64,000 nucleotides of DNA, taken from Macrostomum lignano (Eukaryota). The stretch is from assembly GCA_002269645.1 (NCBI GenBank), contig NIVC01001143.1, positions 248,001 through 312,000 of the forward strand. Direction: 5' to 3'. This document shows positions 41,367 to 54,757 of this stretch, in pieces; the stretch's first letter is position 1; every line of letters begins with the position of its first letter. Below the pieces are notes generated by a model, which was not told the origin of the DNA, made no database searches, and saw only the letters and a list, made by a program, of their open reading frames with translations. A program made the position numbers and the translations under genes.

Positions 41367-44300
41367 ATGTCTGGATTTGACATTGGAGCTGTCCATTTCT
41401 CTGCCGAGCAGGATGGGCGCAATGACTCATTAGCTGCAGGAAATTATAATGCCACAAAACGTTTGCTTAAGGAATTTCTAAAGGAGTTTCATGAAAACAA
41501 TTTTGTTTATACTTACAGGTAATATGCAGCAAATTTTGGGGGCATTCATTTCTATTTGGTTTATTTGTTAAATATGGCCTCCAGGTTCATAGGCTTTGGT
41601 TGTTGGTTGGACTATAAAAAATTAAAATATTGTTATATTGTAGGGATTTTTTTGGAATTACTCTATCTAACTTGGTGCTTAGAATGAACCAAGCAGAAAA
41701 GTTGACCCTAGCAAGTCATAATAGTAAAGAAGGTGGCATAGTATGCACTGGGTCTTAAAATGTGTTTGCACTTTGGAGGATAATCTATGCTATCTATGAA
41801 CTAAGTTCTAACTATATTTTTCTGTGCCCTAAACTGTAAAAAATATAGAAAACACATGACATAGAAATTTAAAAATAGATTTGAAAATGCAAATTAGATT
41901 AGCAAACAAATATTTTTACAAAAAAATCACTAAAACTAAATTGTGCATTATATACCAAGAACCCTATTGGAATAAATGTTAAAAACCTGCGGACGCGCGC
42001 TTTAGAAAAGAGTCAAACTATTTTACTGCACTTTAGGATTATTAGTCTTAGAGATGTTCCAAAAGATCTATAGTTTCGTCAAAATCAAAATCCACTAACT
42101 TCCCAAAATCAAAATTGAAATTTCCTGAAATCATAATTCAGAAAAACAAAGTTTAGTATGATCAACACTCACTTTTTTACTTTCAACAGAGGTATTATAC
42201 CCATTTACATGTATATGTATTTGCTAGAGCAGCAGCCAGTAAGAAAAGGCAGCGCGTGCGCAGGCACTGCGCCTGCGTGTGTGCTACGCTTTAGAAAAAT
42301 TTCAAAAGTGCACCAAACACTGTCCGCGGTTTTACAACTTTTTCCTATAGAGACCAAGAATCGTAGTATAAAGTTTAATATCATTTTATTTATGCGAAAA
42401 AAAAGATTTTTTACCATTTTTGTCGATAATAGCTACTTTCAATACACTAGCTAAGCCCTAGCTAATTTCTAAGTTTATCCCTTTTGCTTAGAATGTATAT
42501 AACTTTGGTTAATCAGTTTTTATTAACATAGTCATAGAACCATTGATAGAAATAACATTTAAAAAACAAAAAATATATATCTTATAAAATATTGTGTTTA
42601 AAGTTTTTTTTAAATTAGTTTAAACATATATAATATTATAAATTATTTATATTATAAAAATTATTTTGTTTTAAATAGTACTATAAACTCATAAATATAA
42701 ATGCATAATGCCATAAGCTGCCAATAAAAAAAATCAATTAATCAAGTAGTAAAATTTTAATGAGAACAAAAAGCATTGTAACAACTTTGGTTTCAACAGT
42801 AGGATTATCTTAAGACAGAGCTACAAGGCCCATTACAACTTTGGTAGTTTAATAGTGAGATATAGAGGTAATATCCCCATTACAAAAGTCATTCTATAAT
42901 TTAATATAAGACTAGTATTAAAGTTTACTACTAAATTACCATTCAAGCAATGTATTATTCCCTATTACATATGCTTATATTCAACATGCTATTTGAGTAA
43001 TGTACTTGTATTGAACTTGATATTTTAAGACCTAGGTTTTTAACCATTTTTGTCTAGAACATCAAATCATATCGATTTTCAATCATCTAAAGATATCAAA
43101 AAATTATTTTTTTTTCTACTGCAAGTAGTATAATCAACACTTGAATGTAATGAATAATTTAACAATCAATTCATTTTTCACCCCATATAGGGATGAGATG
43201 AAGCGGCACTGCAACCTGGGCCAGTACTATGTGACTGTCCACCTGCAGCACCTGGCCTCCTACAGTCCGGAGATGAGTCAAACCCTGGCCCAGCAGCCCA
43301 CTGAGATCATGCCAATCTTTGAGGAGGCCGCCCGCGAGATTGCTGATGAGATAACCCGGCCGCGGCCTGGCAATGAGGAGCAGATGCCGCCAATGCAGGT
43401 GGGTCATGATCTTTGTTGTTGGTGGTGCTACTTAACCTAAAGAGCATCTGCGTCAATTTATGAATTAGAATCGCATTTTGCATTTTATAAAACTCTATTG
43501 AGTCTACTTGAGTCTGTAAAAAGCTAAGTGCCAATACAACGACTATTGGACGACTTTTTGGGACTCTTGAGCCCAGGGGTTGTAGCCCAGTGGTTAGAGC
43601 ATCCGAGTCACGACTTGAAGGTTGGGGGGTTCGATTCCCGATCCCACTCAAAACAATTTGTGTCCTTGAGCAAGACACTTGACTCTGCATTGCTTCAGTT
43701 CACCCAGCTGTAAAATGGGTGCTAGCATTAGCTGGGGTAATTGAGGATAGGTGCGATAATAGCTGCGACTGAACTGCCGGTTGCACATCTGGCCCAATTG
43801 GGACATTTGTAATCGATTATTATTATTTACGATTCTGGAACTCGCGTGATGCACTCGTGACTCAACAGTCGCTTCTCCGTTGCATTACACAGTCGTTTAA
43901 AAGTCTAAAAGAGTCGCCCCCAGAGTCGCTGAGTCCCTAGAGAGCTGTTTGTAATGACTCTAGCGGTTCTTGTCATGGTAACGTTTTCAATGGGCTTAGC
44001 TTTCATATCCACATTCATCCTTGCCCCTCTGCAGGTGCTGCTGTCCTCCCACGCCAAGCCGGTTGCTATGCGCGACCTGAAGGCCGACCTGGTGTGCAGG
44101 CTGGTCCGCCTGACCGGCATTGTGCTGTCCGTGTCCTCGGTACGTGCCAAGGCTACCCAGCTCAGCCTGCAGTGCCGCTCCTGCCGGGCCTGCCTGTCCA
44201 ACCTGCCCGTGCGGCCCGGCCTGGAGGGCTACGCCTTGCCGCGCAAGTGCATCACGGACGCGGCGGCCCAGGGCCGGCCAAAGTGTCCGCTGGATCCGTT

Positions 44301-47300
44301 CTTTATCGTGCCCGACAGGTGCCATTGCGTCGACTTCCAGCTGGTGAAGCTGCAGGAGGCGCCCGAGGCTGTGCCGCACGGAGAGACGCCCCGTCATCTG
44401 CAGGTGAATTGACTGAGTTTCGGTGATTAGTACTGGCATAAATCTAGATATGCGATGTGGTGTGCCGCGTGTGCTCATGGTGTTTAATGTAGTGTGCTCA
44501 TGGTGTTTAATGTAGTGTGCTCATGGTGTTTAATGTAGTGTGCTCATGGTGTTTAATGTAGTGTGCTCATGGTGTTTAATGTAGTGTGCTCATGGTGTTT
44601 AATGTAGTGTTCTCACAGTGTTTACTGTAGTGTGCTCATGGTGTTTAATGTAGTGTGCTCACAGTGTTTACTGTAGTGTGCTCATGGTGTTTAATGTAGT
44701 GTGCTCATGGTGTTTAATGTAGTGTGCTCATGGTGTTTAATGTAGTGTGCTCACAGTGTTTACTGTAGTGTGCTCACAGTGTTTACTGTAGTGTGCTCAT
44801 GGTGTTTACTGTAGTGTGCTCATGCGTTTAATGTAGTGTGCTCATGGTGTTTAATTGCATGCTAACTTACCAAACTGTCCACCTGTCAGGTGTACCTAGA
44901 CCGCTACCAATGCGACCGCATCGCCCCTGGCAACCGGGTCAGCATTGTCGGCGTCTACAGCGTTCGCGGCCAGGCGCCCAAAGGCAGCGGCAACCTGGGC
45001 GGCCCCGGAGTTCGCGCCACCTACGTGCGCGCCCTGGGCATCGCTCTCGAGGAGTCATCGCACGGAATCGGCGGCGCGCCTTCCGACGAGGAGGAAGAGG
45101 AGTTCCGGCGCCTGGCCGCCAAGCCGGACATTCAGGAGCGCCTGGCGCGCAGCATCGCGCCCTCCATCCTGGGCTCCGTGGACGTCAAGAAGGCCATCTG
45201 CTGCCTGCTGTTCGGCGGCTCCAGGAAGCGAATGCCCGACGGCCTCTACAGGCGCGGCGACATCAACGTACTGCTTCTGGGCGATCCAGGTATGATTAAA
45301 CTGCTTTGTCTGTTATTTACCTGCTCAGCTGAGCCACATCTCACCCATGAGAGAGCGGGCAGCACCTGCTCAGCTGAGCCACATCTCACCCATGAGAGAG
45401 CGGGCAGCAAATGCTCAGCTGAGCCACATCTCACCCATGAACGAGCGGGCAGCAAATGCTCAGCTGAGCCATATCTCACCCATATCTCCAGCAGTCCCCG
45501 CCCACCCACTGCAGGCACGGCCAAGTCGCAGCTGCTGAAGTTCGTTGAGAAGTGCGCCCCAATCGCCGTGTACACCAGCGGCAAGGGCAGCTCGGCGGCC
45601 GGCCTGACAGCGTCGGTCATCCGCGACCCGTCGTCGCGCGGCTTCGTCATGGAAGGCGGCGCCATGGTGCTGGCCGACGGCGGCGTCGTGGCAATCGACG
45701 AGTTCGACAAGATGCGCGAAGACGACCGGGTGGCGATTCACGAGGCCATGGAGCAGCAGACCATCAGCGTGGCCAAGGCCGGCATCACCACCACTCTGAA
45801 CAGCCGTTGCTCCGTGCTGGCCGCCGCCAACTCCGTGTTTGGTAAGGTTTAGGTCTTGGGTGTTTGGCAGGGTTTAGGTCTTGGGTGTTTGGCAGGGTTT
45901 AGGTCTTGGGTGTTTGGTAGGGTTTAGGTCTTGGGTGTTTGGCAGGGTTTAGGTCTTGGGTGTTTGGTAGGGTTTAGGTCTTGGGTGTTTGGTAGGGTTT
46001 AGGTCTTGGGTGTTTGGTAGGGTTTAGGTCTTGGGTGTTTGGTAGGGTTTAGGTCTTGGGTGTTTGGCAGGGTTTAGGTCTTGGGTGTTTGGCAGGGTTT
46101 AGGTCTTGGGTGTTTGGTAGGGTTTAGGTCTTGGGTGTTTGGTAGGGTTTAGGTCTTGGGTGTTTGGTAGGGTTTAGGTCTTGGGTGTTTGGCAGGGTTT
46201 AGGTCTTGGGTGTTTGGCAGGGTTTAGGTCTTGGGTGTTTGGTAGGGTTTAGGTCTTGGGTGTTTGGTAGGGTTTAGGTCTTGGGTGTTTGGTAGGGTTT
46301 AGGTCTTGGGTGTTTGGTAGGGTTTAGGTCTTGGGTGTTTGGTAGGGTTTAGGTCTTGGGTGTTTGGTAGGGTTTAGGTCTTGGGTGTTTGGTAGGGTTT
46401 AGGTCTTGGGTGTTTGGTAGGGTTTAGGTCTTGGGTGTTTGGTAGGGTTTAGGTCTTGGGTGTTTGGTAGGGTTTAGGTCTTGGGTGATTGGTAGGGTTT
46501 AGGTCTTGGGTGTTTGGTAGGGTTTAGGTCTTGGGTGATTGGTAGGGTTTAGGTCTTGGGTGTTTGGTAGGGTTGCATCAAATGCATCAAATCATCGAGG
46601 CACTAAGAAAACTTCCTATGCACCAATGTGGCTTCTAACTTGAATTTGGTGCACTAATCAATAAGAAATAGACTATGCAAAGTAGGCTTGGCATAGTAGA
46701 GATCACTCTGCTACTTGAGTAGAACCAGTCGACCTACTATCAGTAGTCAGTACGGGGGTAGACTGCTACAAATATTACTTAAATTCTGTGCTATGCTGGA
46801 ATATTCTCACCGAGTGTCACGTGACTCCACCTCCGACAGGCCGCTGGGACGAGACCCGGGCCGCCGGCGAGAACATAGACTTCATGCCGACCATCCTGAG
46901 CCGATTCGACATGATCTTCATCGTCAAGGACGAGCACAGCGAGGCCCGCGACACCGAGATGGCCCGCCACGTGCTGCAGGTCCACCTGCGCGGCAGCGTC
47001 TTCGGTGCCGCTGCCGAAGCCGCAGCTGCCGGTGGCGCCCCGGCCGTCTCCGAGGACGAAGTGCCGCTGGACAAGCTGCGCCGGTACATCTCCTTCTGCC
47101 GGGACCGCTGCGGCCCCAGGCTGAGCGAGGCGGCCGCCGCCCGCCTGGAGAATGCCTACGTTGCCATGCGGGGCGAGGCCAAAGAGATCGAGACTGCGGC
47201 CGCCTCGTCCGCTGGCGGCGCCGTGTCTGGCAAGCACAGGTGAAGAAGGGTGCAGGGTGCACGTGAACTGGTTCATTACATGGGGTAAGCAGAGCTTAGG

Positions 47301-48741
47301 ACAGGGCAGTGAGCTAAGGACAGTGAAGATAGCTAAGGACAGTGAAGACAGCTAAGGGCAGTGAAGATAGCTAAGGACAGGGCAGATAGCTAAGGACAGG
47401 GCAGATAGCTAAGGACAGGGCAGACAGCTAAGGACAGGGCGGACAGCTAAGGACAGGGCAGACAGCTAAGGACAGGGCAGACAGCTAGGGACAGGGCAGA
47501 CAGCTAAGGACAGGGCAGACAGCTAGGAACAGGGCGGACAGCTAAGGACAGGGCGGACAGCTAAGGATAGGGCAGACAGCTAAGGACAGGGCAGACAGCT
47601 AGGGACAGGGCAGACAGCTAAGGACAGGGCGGACAGCTAAGGACAGGGCAGACAGCTAAGGACAGGGCAGACAGCTAGGGACAGGGCAGACAGCTAAGGA
47701 CAGGGCGGACAGCTAAGGACAGGGCAGACAGCTAAGGACAGGGCAGACAGCTAAGGACAGGGCAGCCAGCTAAGGACAGGGCAGACAGCTAAGGACAGGG
47801 CAGACAGCTAAGGACAGGGCAGACAGCTAAGGACAGGGCGGACAGCTAAGGACAGGGCAGACAGCTAAGGACAGGGCAGACAGCTAAGGACAGTGAAGAC
47901 AGCTAAGGACAGGGCAGACAGCTAGGGACAGGGCAGACAGCTAAGGACAGGGCAGACAGCTAAGGACAGTGAAGACAGCTAAGGACAGGGCAGACAGCTA
48001 GGGACAGGGCAGACAGCTAAGGACAGGGCAGACAGCTAAGGACAGGGCAGACAGCTAAGGACAGGGCAGACAGCTAAGGACAGGGTGGACAGCTAAGGAC
48101 AGGGCGGACAGCTAAGGACAGGGCAGACAGCTAAGGACAGGGCAGACAGCTAAGGACAGGGCAGCCAGCTAAGGACAGGGCAGACAGCTAAGGACAGGGC
48201 AGACAGCTAAGGACAGGGCAGCCAGCTAAGGACAGGGCAGACAGCTAAGGACAGGGCAGACAGCTAAGGACAGGGCAGACAGCTAGGGACAGCACAGCTA
48301 GTGCTACACGCCCTAATCCGCCAGCCACTCCCATCCGCTGCCAGGCAGGTGATCCCCATCACGGTGCGCCAGCTGGAGGCGCTGGTGCGCATCTCCGAGT
48401 CGCTGGCCAAGATGCGCCTGGCCTCCTTCGCCACGGAGGCGGACGTGGAGGAGGCGCTGCGGCTGTTCCGCGTCAGCACGCTGGACGCCGCCAAGGAGGG
48501 CAGCCTGGCCGGGGCCGAGGGCTTCACCAGCCAGCACGATCACGAGCAGCTGGTGCAGGCCGAGCGTCAGGTGAAGCGCCGCTTCCTAATCGGATCGCAG
48601 GTGAGCGAGAGCACCATTGTGACGGACTTTGTTCGGCAGGGCTACCCGGAGCCGGTGGTGCAGAAGGTGCTGTCGCTCATGCTGCGCCGCGGCGAGATCC
48701 AATACCGGATGCAGCGGCGCATCCTGTACCGGGTCAAGTGA
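41367..48741 (+). CDS. MCM5: DNA replication licensing factor MCM5
   Basis: Phase-consistent exons 41367-41518, 43191-43398, 44035-44403, 44890-45289, 45515-45841, 46840-47239, 48345-48741. Motifs: MSGFD N-terminus, zinc finger, Walker A GDPG|[16 protein letters not shown], Walker B IDEFDKM, arginine finger [15 protein letters not shown], and MCM5-type C-terminus. Confidence 0.97.
43576..43828 (+). mobile_element. tRNA-derived CORE-like SINE
   Basis: A-box TAGCCCAGTGG, B-box GGTTCGATTCC, CORE-like GTGTCCTTGAGCAAGACACTT..CTTCAGTTCACCCAGCTGTAAAATGGG and an (ATT)n tail. Lies in MCM5 intron 2. Confidence 0.8.
44470..44855. repeat. 23-bp intronic tandem array (GTGTGCTCATGGTGTTTAATGTA), ~16 copies
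   Basis: Read directly; MCM5 intron 3. Confidence 0.95.
45320..45485. repeat. 45-bp intronic tandem repeat, ~3.5 copies
   Basis: TGCTCAGCTGAGCCACATCTCACCCATGAGAGAGCGGGCAGCACC; MCM5 intron 4. Confidence 0.9.
45835..46573. repeat. 25-bp tandem array (GTGTTTGGTAGGGTTTAGGTCTTGG), ~29 copies, first copy spanning the exon/donor junction
   Basis: Read directly; MCM5 exon 5 / intron 5. Confidence 0.96.
47310..48290. repeat. 19-bp intronic tandem array (GGACAGGGCAGACAGCTAA), ~50 copies
   Basis: Read directly; MCM5 intron 6. Confidence 0.96.
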
Positions 48742-49344
48742 GCCCCCGGCAGCTTGGTGAACTTTGATTGATATGAACTCCCCGTCACAAATAAAGTGCA
48801 CTGTCCTTCCCAACCTCTTCCCATACTGTAGCCGAGTTACCGTAGGCCGCACGCACCGCATCGCTGCATTTCTAACTATTAGTTAATTATTAATTTAAAA
48901 CAATGACCGCTTTTTTATCCCCCACCAGAAACTAAACCTGTTTTTATTGCCGCATTTCTGCGCAACGCTCTGTTGAAATTTTCTGCACTTTTTATTGGCA
49001 CAGTTCGCCTTTCTGCTCATTTAATTCAATCTTATTTTTACTCTTAATAATGCAATTCAAATTCTGAATGCCGCATTTTCGCTGAACTGCAATTCGCTAA
49101 TTATAATTCTATTTTTTATAATTTATAACTTGCTTCTACAAGTTTTTGCTCGAGTCTCCGAACAGCCGCTCTGGAGAACTGGACGCCGCCCTGACCGGCA
49201 CAACAATGCGCAGTGGTCTTTTGCGTTTGCTTTGTGATTTACTATGGAAATTGGGGTGAACCGCTGCCCTGAATAGCGCAAGTTTTGTCGTGCTTTACAG
49301 GAAATCATCTACCGACTCACCCTAGAAATCGTCTCTGGCCCACC

Positions 49345-51478
49345 CTTACCCACCCTGCATATAATCCCTGACCCACCCTTCATATAATCCCTGACCCACA
49401 TTTCATATCATACCTGACCCATCCTGCATATCATCCCTGACCCATCCTGCATATCATCCCTGACCCACATTTCATATCATCCCTGACCCACCCTGCATAT
49501 AATCCCTGACCCACCCTTCATATAATCCCTGACCCACATTTCATATCATACCTGACCCATCCTGCATATCATCCCTGACCCACCCTGCATATCATCCCTG
49601 ACCCACCCTGCATATCATCCCTGACCCACCCTGCATATAATCCATGACCCACCCTTCATATCATCCCTGACCCATCTTGCATATAATCCCTGACCCACCC
49701 TTCATATAATCCCTGACCCATACTGCATATAATCCATGACCCACCCTGCATATAATCCCTGTCCCACCCTGCATATAATCCCTGACCCACCCTGCATATA
49801 ATCCATGACCCATACTGCATATAATCCATGACCCACCCTGCATATAATCCCTGTCCCACCCTGCATATAATCCCTGACCCACCCTGCATATCATCCCTGA
49901 CCCACCCTGCATATCATCCCTGACCCACCCTGCATATCATCCCTGACCCACCCTGCATATAATCCCTGACCAATCCTGCATATCATCCCTGACCCATCCT
50001 GCATATAATCCATGACCCACCCTGCATATCATCCCTGTTCCACCCTGCATATAATCCCTGACCCACCCTGCATATCATCCCTGACCCACCCTGCATATAA
50101 TCCCTGACCCATACTGCATATAATCCCTGTCCCACCCTGGATATAATCCCTGACCCACCCTGCATATCATCCCTGACCCACCCTGCATATCATCCCTGTC
50201 CCACCCTGCATATAATCCCTGACCCACCCTGCATATCATCCCTGACCCACCCTGCATATCATCCCTGTCCCACCCTGCATATCATCCCTGACCCATCCTG
50301 CATATCATCCCTGACCCACCCTGCATATCATCCCTGACCCACCCTGCATATAATCCATGACCCACCCTGCATATCATCCCTGACCCACCCTGCATATCAT
50401 CCCTGACCCACCCTGCATATAATCCATGACCCACCCTTCATATCATCCCTGACCCACCCTGCATATAATCCATGACCCACCCTGCATATCATCCCTGACC
50501 CACCCTGCATATAATCCATGACCCACCCTTCATATCATCCCTGACCCATCTTGCATATAATCCCTGACCCACCCTTCATATAATCCCTGACCCATACTGC
50601 ATATAATCCATGACCCACCCTGCATATAATCCCTGTCCCACCCTGCATATAATCCATGACCCACCCTGCATATAATCCATGACCCATACTGCATATAATC
50701 CCTGACCCACCCTGCATATCATCCCTGACCCACCCTGCATATCATCCCTGACCCACCCTGCATATAATCCATGACCCACCCTTCATATCATCCCTGACCC
50801 ATCTTGCATATAATCCCTGACCCACCCTTCATATAATCCCTGACCCATACTGCATATAATCCATGACCCACCCTGCATATAATCCCTGTCCCACCCTGCA
50901 TATAATCCCTGACCCACCCTGCATATCATCCCTGACCCACCCTGCATATCATCCCTGACCCACCCTGCATATCATCCCTGACCCACCCTGCATATAATCC
51001 CTGACCAATCCTGCATATCATCCCTGACCCATCCTGCATATAATCCATGACCCACCCTGCATATCATCCCTGTTCCACCCTGCATATAATCCCTGACCCA
51101 CCCTGCATATCATCCCTGACCCACCCTGCATATAATCCCTGACCCATACTGCATATAATCCCTGTCCCACCCTGGATATAATCCCTGACCCACCCTGCAT
51201 ATCATCCCTGACCCACCCTGCATATCATCCCTGTCCCACCCTGCATATAATCCCTGACCCACCCTGCATATCATCCCTGACCCACCCTGCATATCATCCC
51301 TGTCCCACCCTGCATATCATCCCTGACCCACCCTGCATATAATCCCTGACCCATCCTGCATATCATCCCTGACCCACCCTGCATATCATCCCTGACCCAC
51401 CCTGCATATAATCCATGACCCACCCTGCATATCATCCCTGATCCACCCTGCATATCATCCCTGTCCCACCCTGCATAT
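49345..51478. repeat. 23-bp tandem array (CCCTGACCCACCCTGCATATAAT), ~92 copies, with higher-order duplication
   Basis: Read directly; identical variant strings recur at a 1035-bp offset. Confidence 0.96.
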
Positions 51479-52431
51479 TGTGCTAACTTTAATGACTGAG
51501 GCAGTAGTGTTGAACTCTAGGAGTGAGAAAGAAAGTGCCCGCTTGAGAGCTTGGCTGATTCAAATCACTAAGCTGGTCAATAACAATCGCCAATGCTAGT
51601 GAGTCAGCAACTCAGTGCACGCAAACTATCACAAAGTTCATGGTGTCACTACATGTATGTCACACATCATCGCTGACCCATCACAAGAATGCCCCTGACT
51701 CGTCCCAAAACAAATCGCAGAGATCCTGAGTCAATTGGGAACTTCATGCACAGAAGTGCAACTTCAAAGGCCTCGCGGGAATTGCTGTCAGTTTAGCTGC
51801 AACCTGCTGCAGTTTAGGCTTTGACAGCTGTGGGATTCCGGGAATTCCTTATTTGGCCGGGCCATGGGCCACATCGCGGCTGTGCCTCGCCAGTCGCCAG
51901 CGCTTTGCGAGGGTCCCGAGATTTTATTTGGGAAGTTGCGCCCTGCCTGCGATCGCATCTGCGCTGCCATCGTGGTTTTCCCCGGGCACCCCCCCCCGCA
52001 GCGCATAAACTTTCTCTTACCCAGCCCTTCACTCCAGCTTCCCCAGCCCCATCGCTGGTCGGCAACGCGCAGCCAGCGGGCGAAAACACGGGCTCTGTTT
52101 ATTTCGCGACATTTTCTGCTGTTACTGTGGGGGCAACTTGCTGCTGCATGGATGGCAACGGCCGCCCATTGGCCTGCAGGTCCTTATGTATATGGCAGGG
52201 CAAGCCTCTCTAAGTCGAATTGGAGTTGCGGCCATGCGTTGCAAGCAGAACAGGCGATTGTAAATTTTTATTGCACTGATAGAGACAATTCACTTTACCT
52301 GATTTTTCTACTTTAGTGCCCGGTCTGCCGCTAAATTGATCCCCCGTGCAAAACTGAAGCTTTGAAAGCTGAGGCAGATTCCCGCTTGACTCTGCAGTTC
52401 CGCTTAAGGTAAGTCTGTATATCGCACTGCA

Positions 52432-53362
52432 GGGGAGAATGAGAGCGAAGGCGGGGAAGAATGAGAGGGGAGGGTGGGGAAGAATGAGAGGGGAGGGTGG
52501 AAAAGAATGAGAGGGGAGGGCGGGGAAGAATGAGAGGGGAGGGGGGGAAGAATGAGAGGGGAGGGCGGGGAAGAATGAGAGGGGAGGGTGGGGAAGAATG
52601 AGAGGGGAGGGTGGGGAAGAATGAGAGGGGAGGGTGGGGAAGAATGAGAGGGGAGGGTGGGGAAGAATGAGAGGGGAGGGCGGGGAAGAATGAGAGGGGA
52701 GGGCGGGGAAGAATGAGAGGGGAGGGTGGGGAAGAATGAGAGGGGAGGGTGGGGAAGAATGAGAGGCAAGGGCGGGGAAGAATGAGGGGAGGGCGGGGAA
52801 GAATGAGAGGGGAGGGCGGGGAAGAATGAGGGGAGGGCGGGGAAGAATGAGAGGGGAGGGCGGGGAAGAATGAGGGAGGGCGGGGAAGAATGAGAGGGGA
52901 GAGCAGGGAAGAATGAGCGGGAGGGTGGGAAGAATGAGAGGGGAGGGCAGGGAAGAATGAGAGGGAGAGGGCAGGGGATAATGAGAGGGGAGAGCAGGGG
53001 AGAATGAGAGGGGAGGGCAGGGAAGAATGAGAGGGAGAGGGCAGGGAAGAATGAGAGGGAAAGGGCAGGGAAGAATGAGAGGGAGAGGGCAGGGGAGAAT
53101 GAGAGGGGAGGGCAGGGGAGAATGAGAGGGGAGGGCAGGGGAGAATGAGAGGGGAGGGCAGGGGAGAATGAGAGGGGAGGGCAGGGGAGAATGAGAGGGG
53201 AGGGCAGGGGAGAATGAGAGGGGAGGGCAGGGGAGAATGAGAGGAGGAGAGCAGGGGAGAATGAGAGGAGGAGAGCAGGGGAGAATGAGAGGAGGAGAGC
53301 AGGGGAGAATGAGAGGAGGAGAGCAGGGGAGAATGAGAGGGGAGGGCAGGGGAAATGAGAGG
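52432..53362. repeat. Purine-rich ~23-bp array (GGGGAAGAATGAGAGGGGAGGGC)
   Basis: Read directly; strongly G/A-skewed on the + strand. Confidence 0.95.
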
Positions 53363-54124
53363 GGGCAGGAGGCTCTGTCTGCAGTGTGGATATTGGATAG
53401 CTACTTGAGCCGGACTGCATGAAAGCCCCCTTCAGAAAGCTCTGATTCGAGCCTCGGGTACGCGAGAAGTGGCCACACGCGGTTGTAATTTATGCGCAGG
53501 GCTTGACGCAGACTTCCTGCTCCAGTGCTCTCCTGGAACTCTTGTAGCAGTTCTGCGCTGACCAGAACTACGAGCTATAGATGCGCACTCGGTCGCGCTA
53601 ATAGCGGCAGCAGCGGATTCGGAAATGCGTGGCCTGTCATTCAAAACTGATGGCGCGCGCGGGTCAAGTAGGGGGCTGCTGGCCTGTCTTGTTGCGCACT
53701 TTCCGAACTGTGCTGGGTACGTTTTTTACAGAATCCATGCCGCATCTGCTATGGCAACCCGCAACCATGCAGGTCCGTTACGCTTTCCACTTCCACCCTG
53801 GAAATGATGGACCATCGTAGAGGGAGGGAATTGCGGCCATCAGTCATCGGGTGGCGGCTGCGCGCAGCTGGCGATGAAGCAGCGACCTCCCTGTTTCTTT
53901 TGTATAGAAATGCAACTTCTGCAGCTTCTGAAATGAGGGCTGCTGGAAGTGCGCGGCGGCTCCAACTTTATCGATCTGTTTACAAATTTTATTGCCCTGA
54001 TGTAGCTCCGGTATTTGTATGCTTTTGCTAGGCTGTTTCTAGGACATTTTACACAGTTTCTATATGGTGATGCTAGACTTTAAATATCAATACGCTATTT
54101 CTATGGCGTACACATGTAGCTGTG

Positions 54125-54757
54125 CTGTTTCTATGTGTTTTTATGGTGCTTCTATGGTGTTTCTATGGTGCTTCTATGTGTTTCTATGTGTTTCTATGGT
54201 GTTTCTATGGTGTTTCTATGGTGCTTCTATGTGTTTTTATGTGTTTCTATGGTGTTTCTATGGTGTTTTTACGTGTTTCTATGTGTTTCTATGTGTTTCT
54301 ATGGTGTTTCTATGTGTTTCTATGGTGCTTCGATGGTGCTTCGATGGTGCTTCTATGGTGTTTCTATGGTGTTTCTATGTGTTTCTATGGTGCTTCCATG
54401 GTGCTTCGATGGTGCTTCTATGGTGTTTCTATGGTGCTTCGATGGTGCTTCGATGGTGCATCGATGGTGCTTCTATGGTGTTTCTATGGTGTTTCTATGG
54501 TGCTTCTATGGTGTTTGTATGGTGTTTGTATGCGTTTCTATGTGTTTGTATGGTGTTTCTATGGTGTTTCTATGGTGTTTCTATGTGTTTATATGGTGTT
54601 TCTATGGTGTTTCTATGGTGTTTCTATGTGTTTCTATGGTGTTTCTATGGTGTTTCTATGTGTTTATATGGTGTTTCTATGGTGTTTCTATGGTGTTTCT
54701 ATGTGTTTCTATGGTATTTTATGTGTTTCTATCGTATTTTATGTGTTTCTATGGTGT
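54125..54757. repeat. 10/11-bp tandem array (CTATGGTGTTT / CTATGTGTTT)
   Basis: Read directly. Confidence 0.93.

Noticed and set aside
41960-42350. Possible MITE (AAAAACCTGCGGAC / GTCCGCGGTTTTAC inverted pair)
   Set aside because: The match is short and imperfect, and no TSD or clear termini were found.
43576-43650. tRNA gene
   Set aside because: A and B boxes are present, but the acceptor and anticodon stems are poor and the sequence continues into a CORE-like body shared with a second copy, so it is a SINE.
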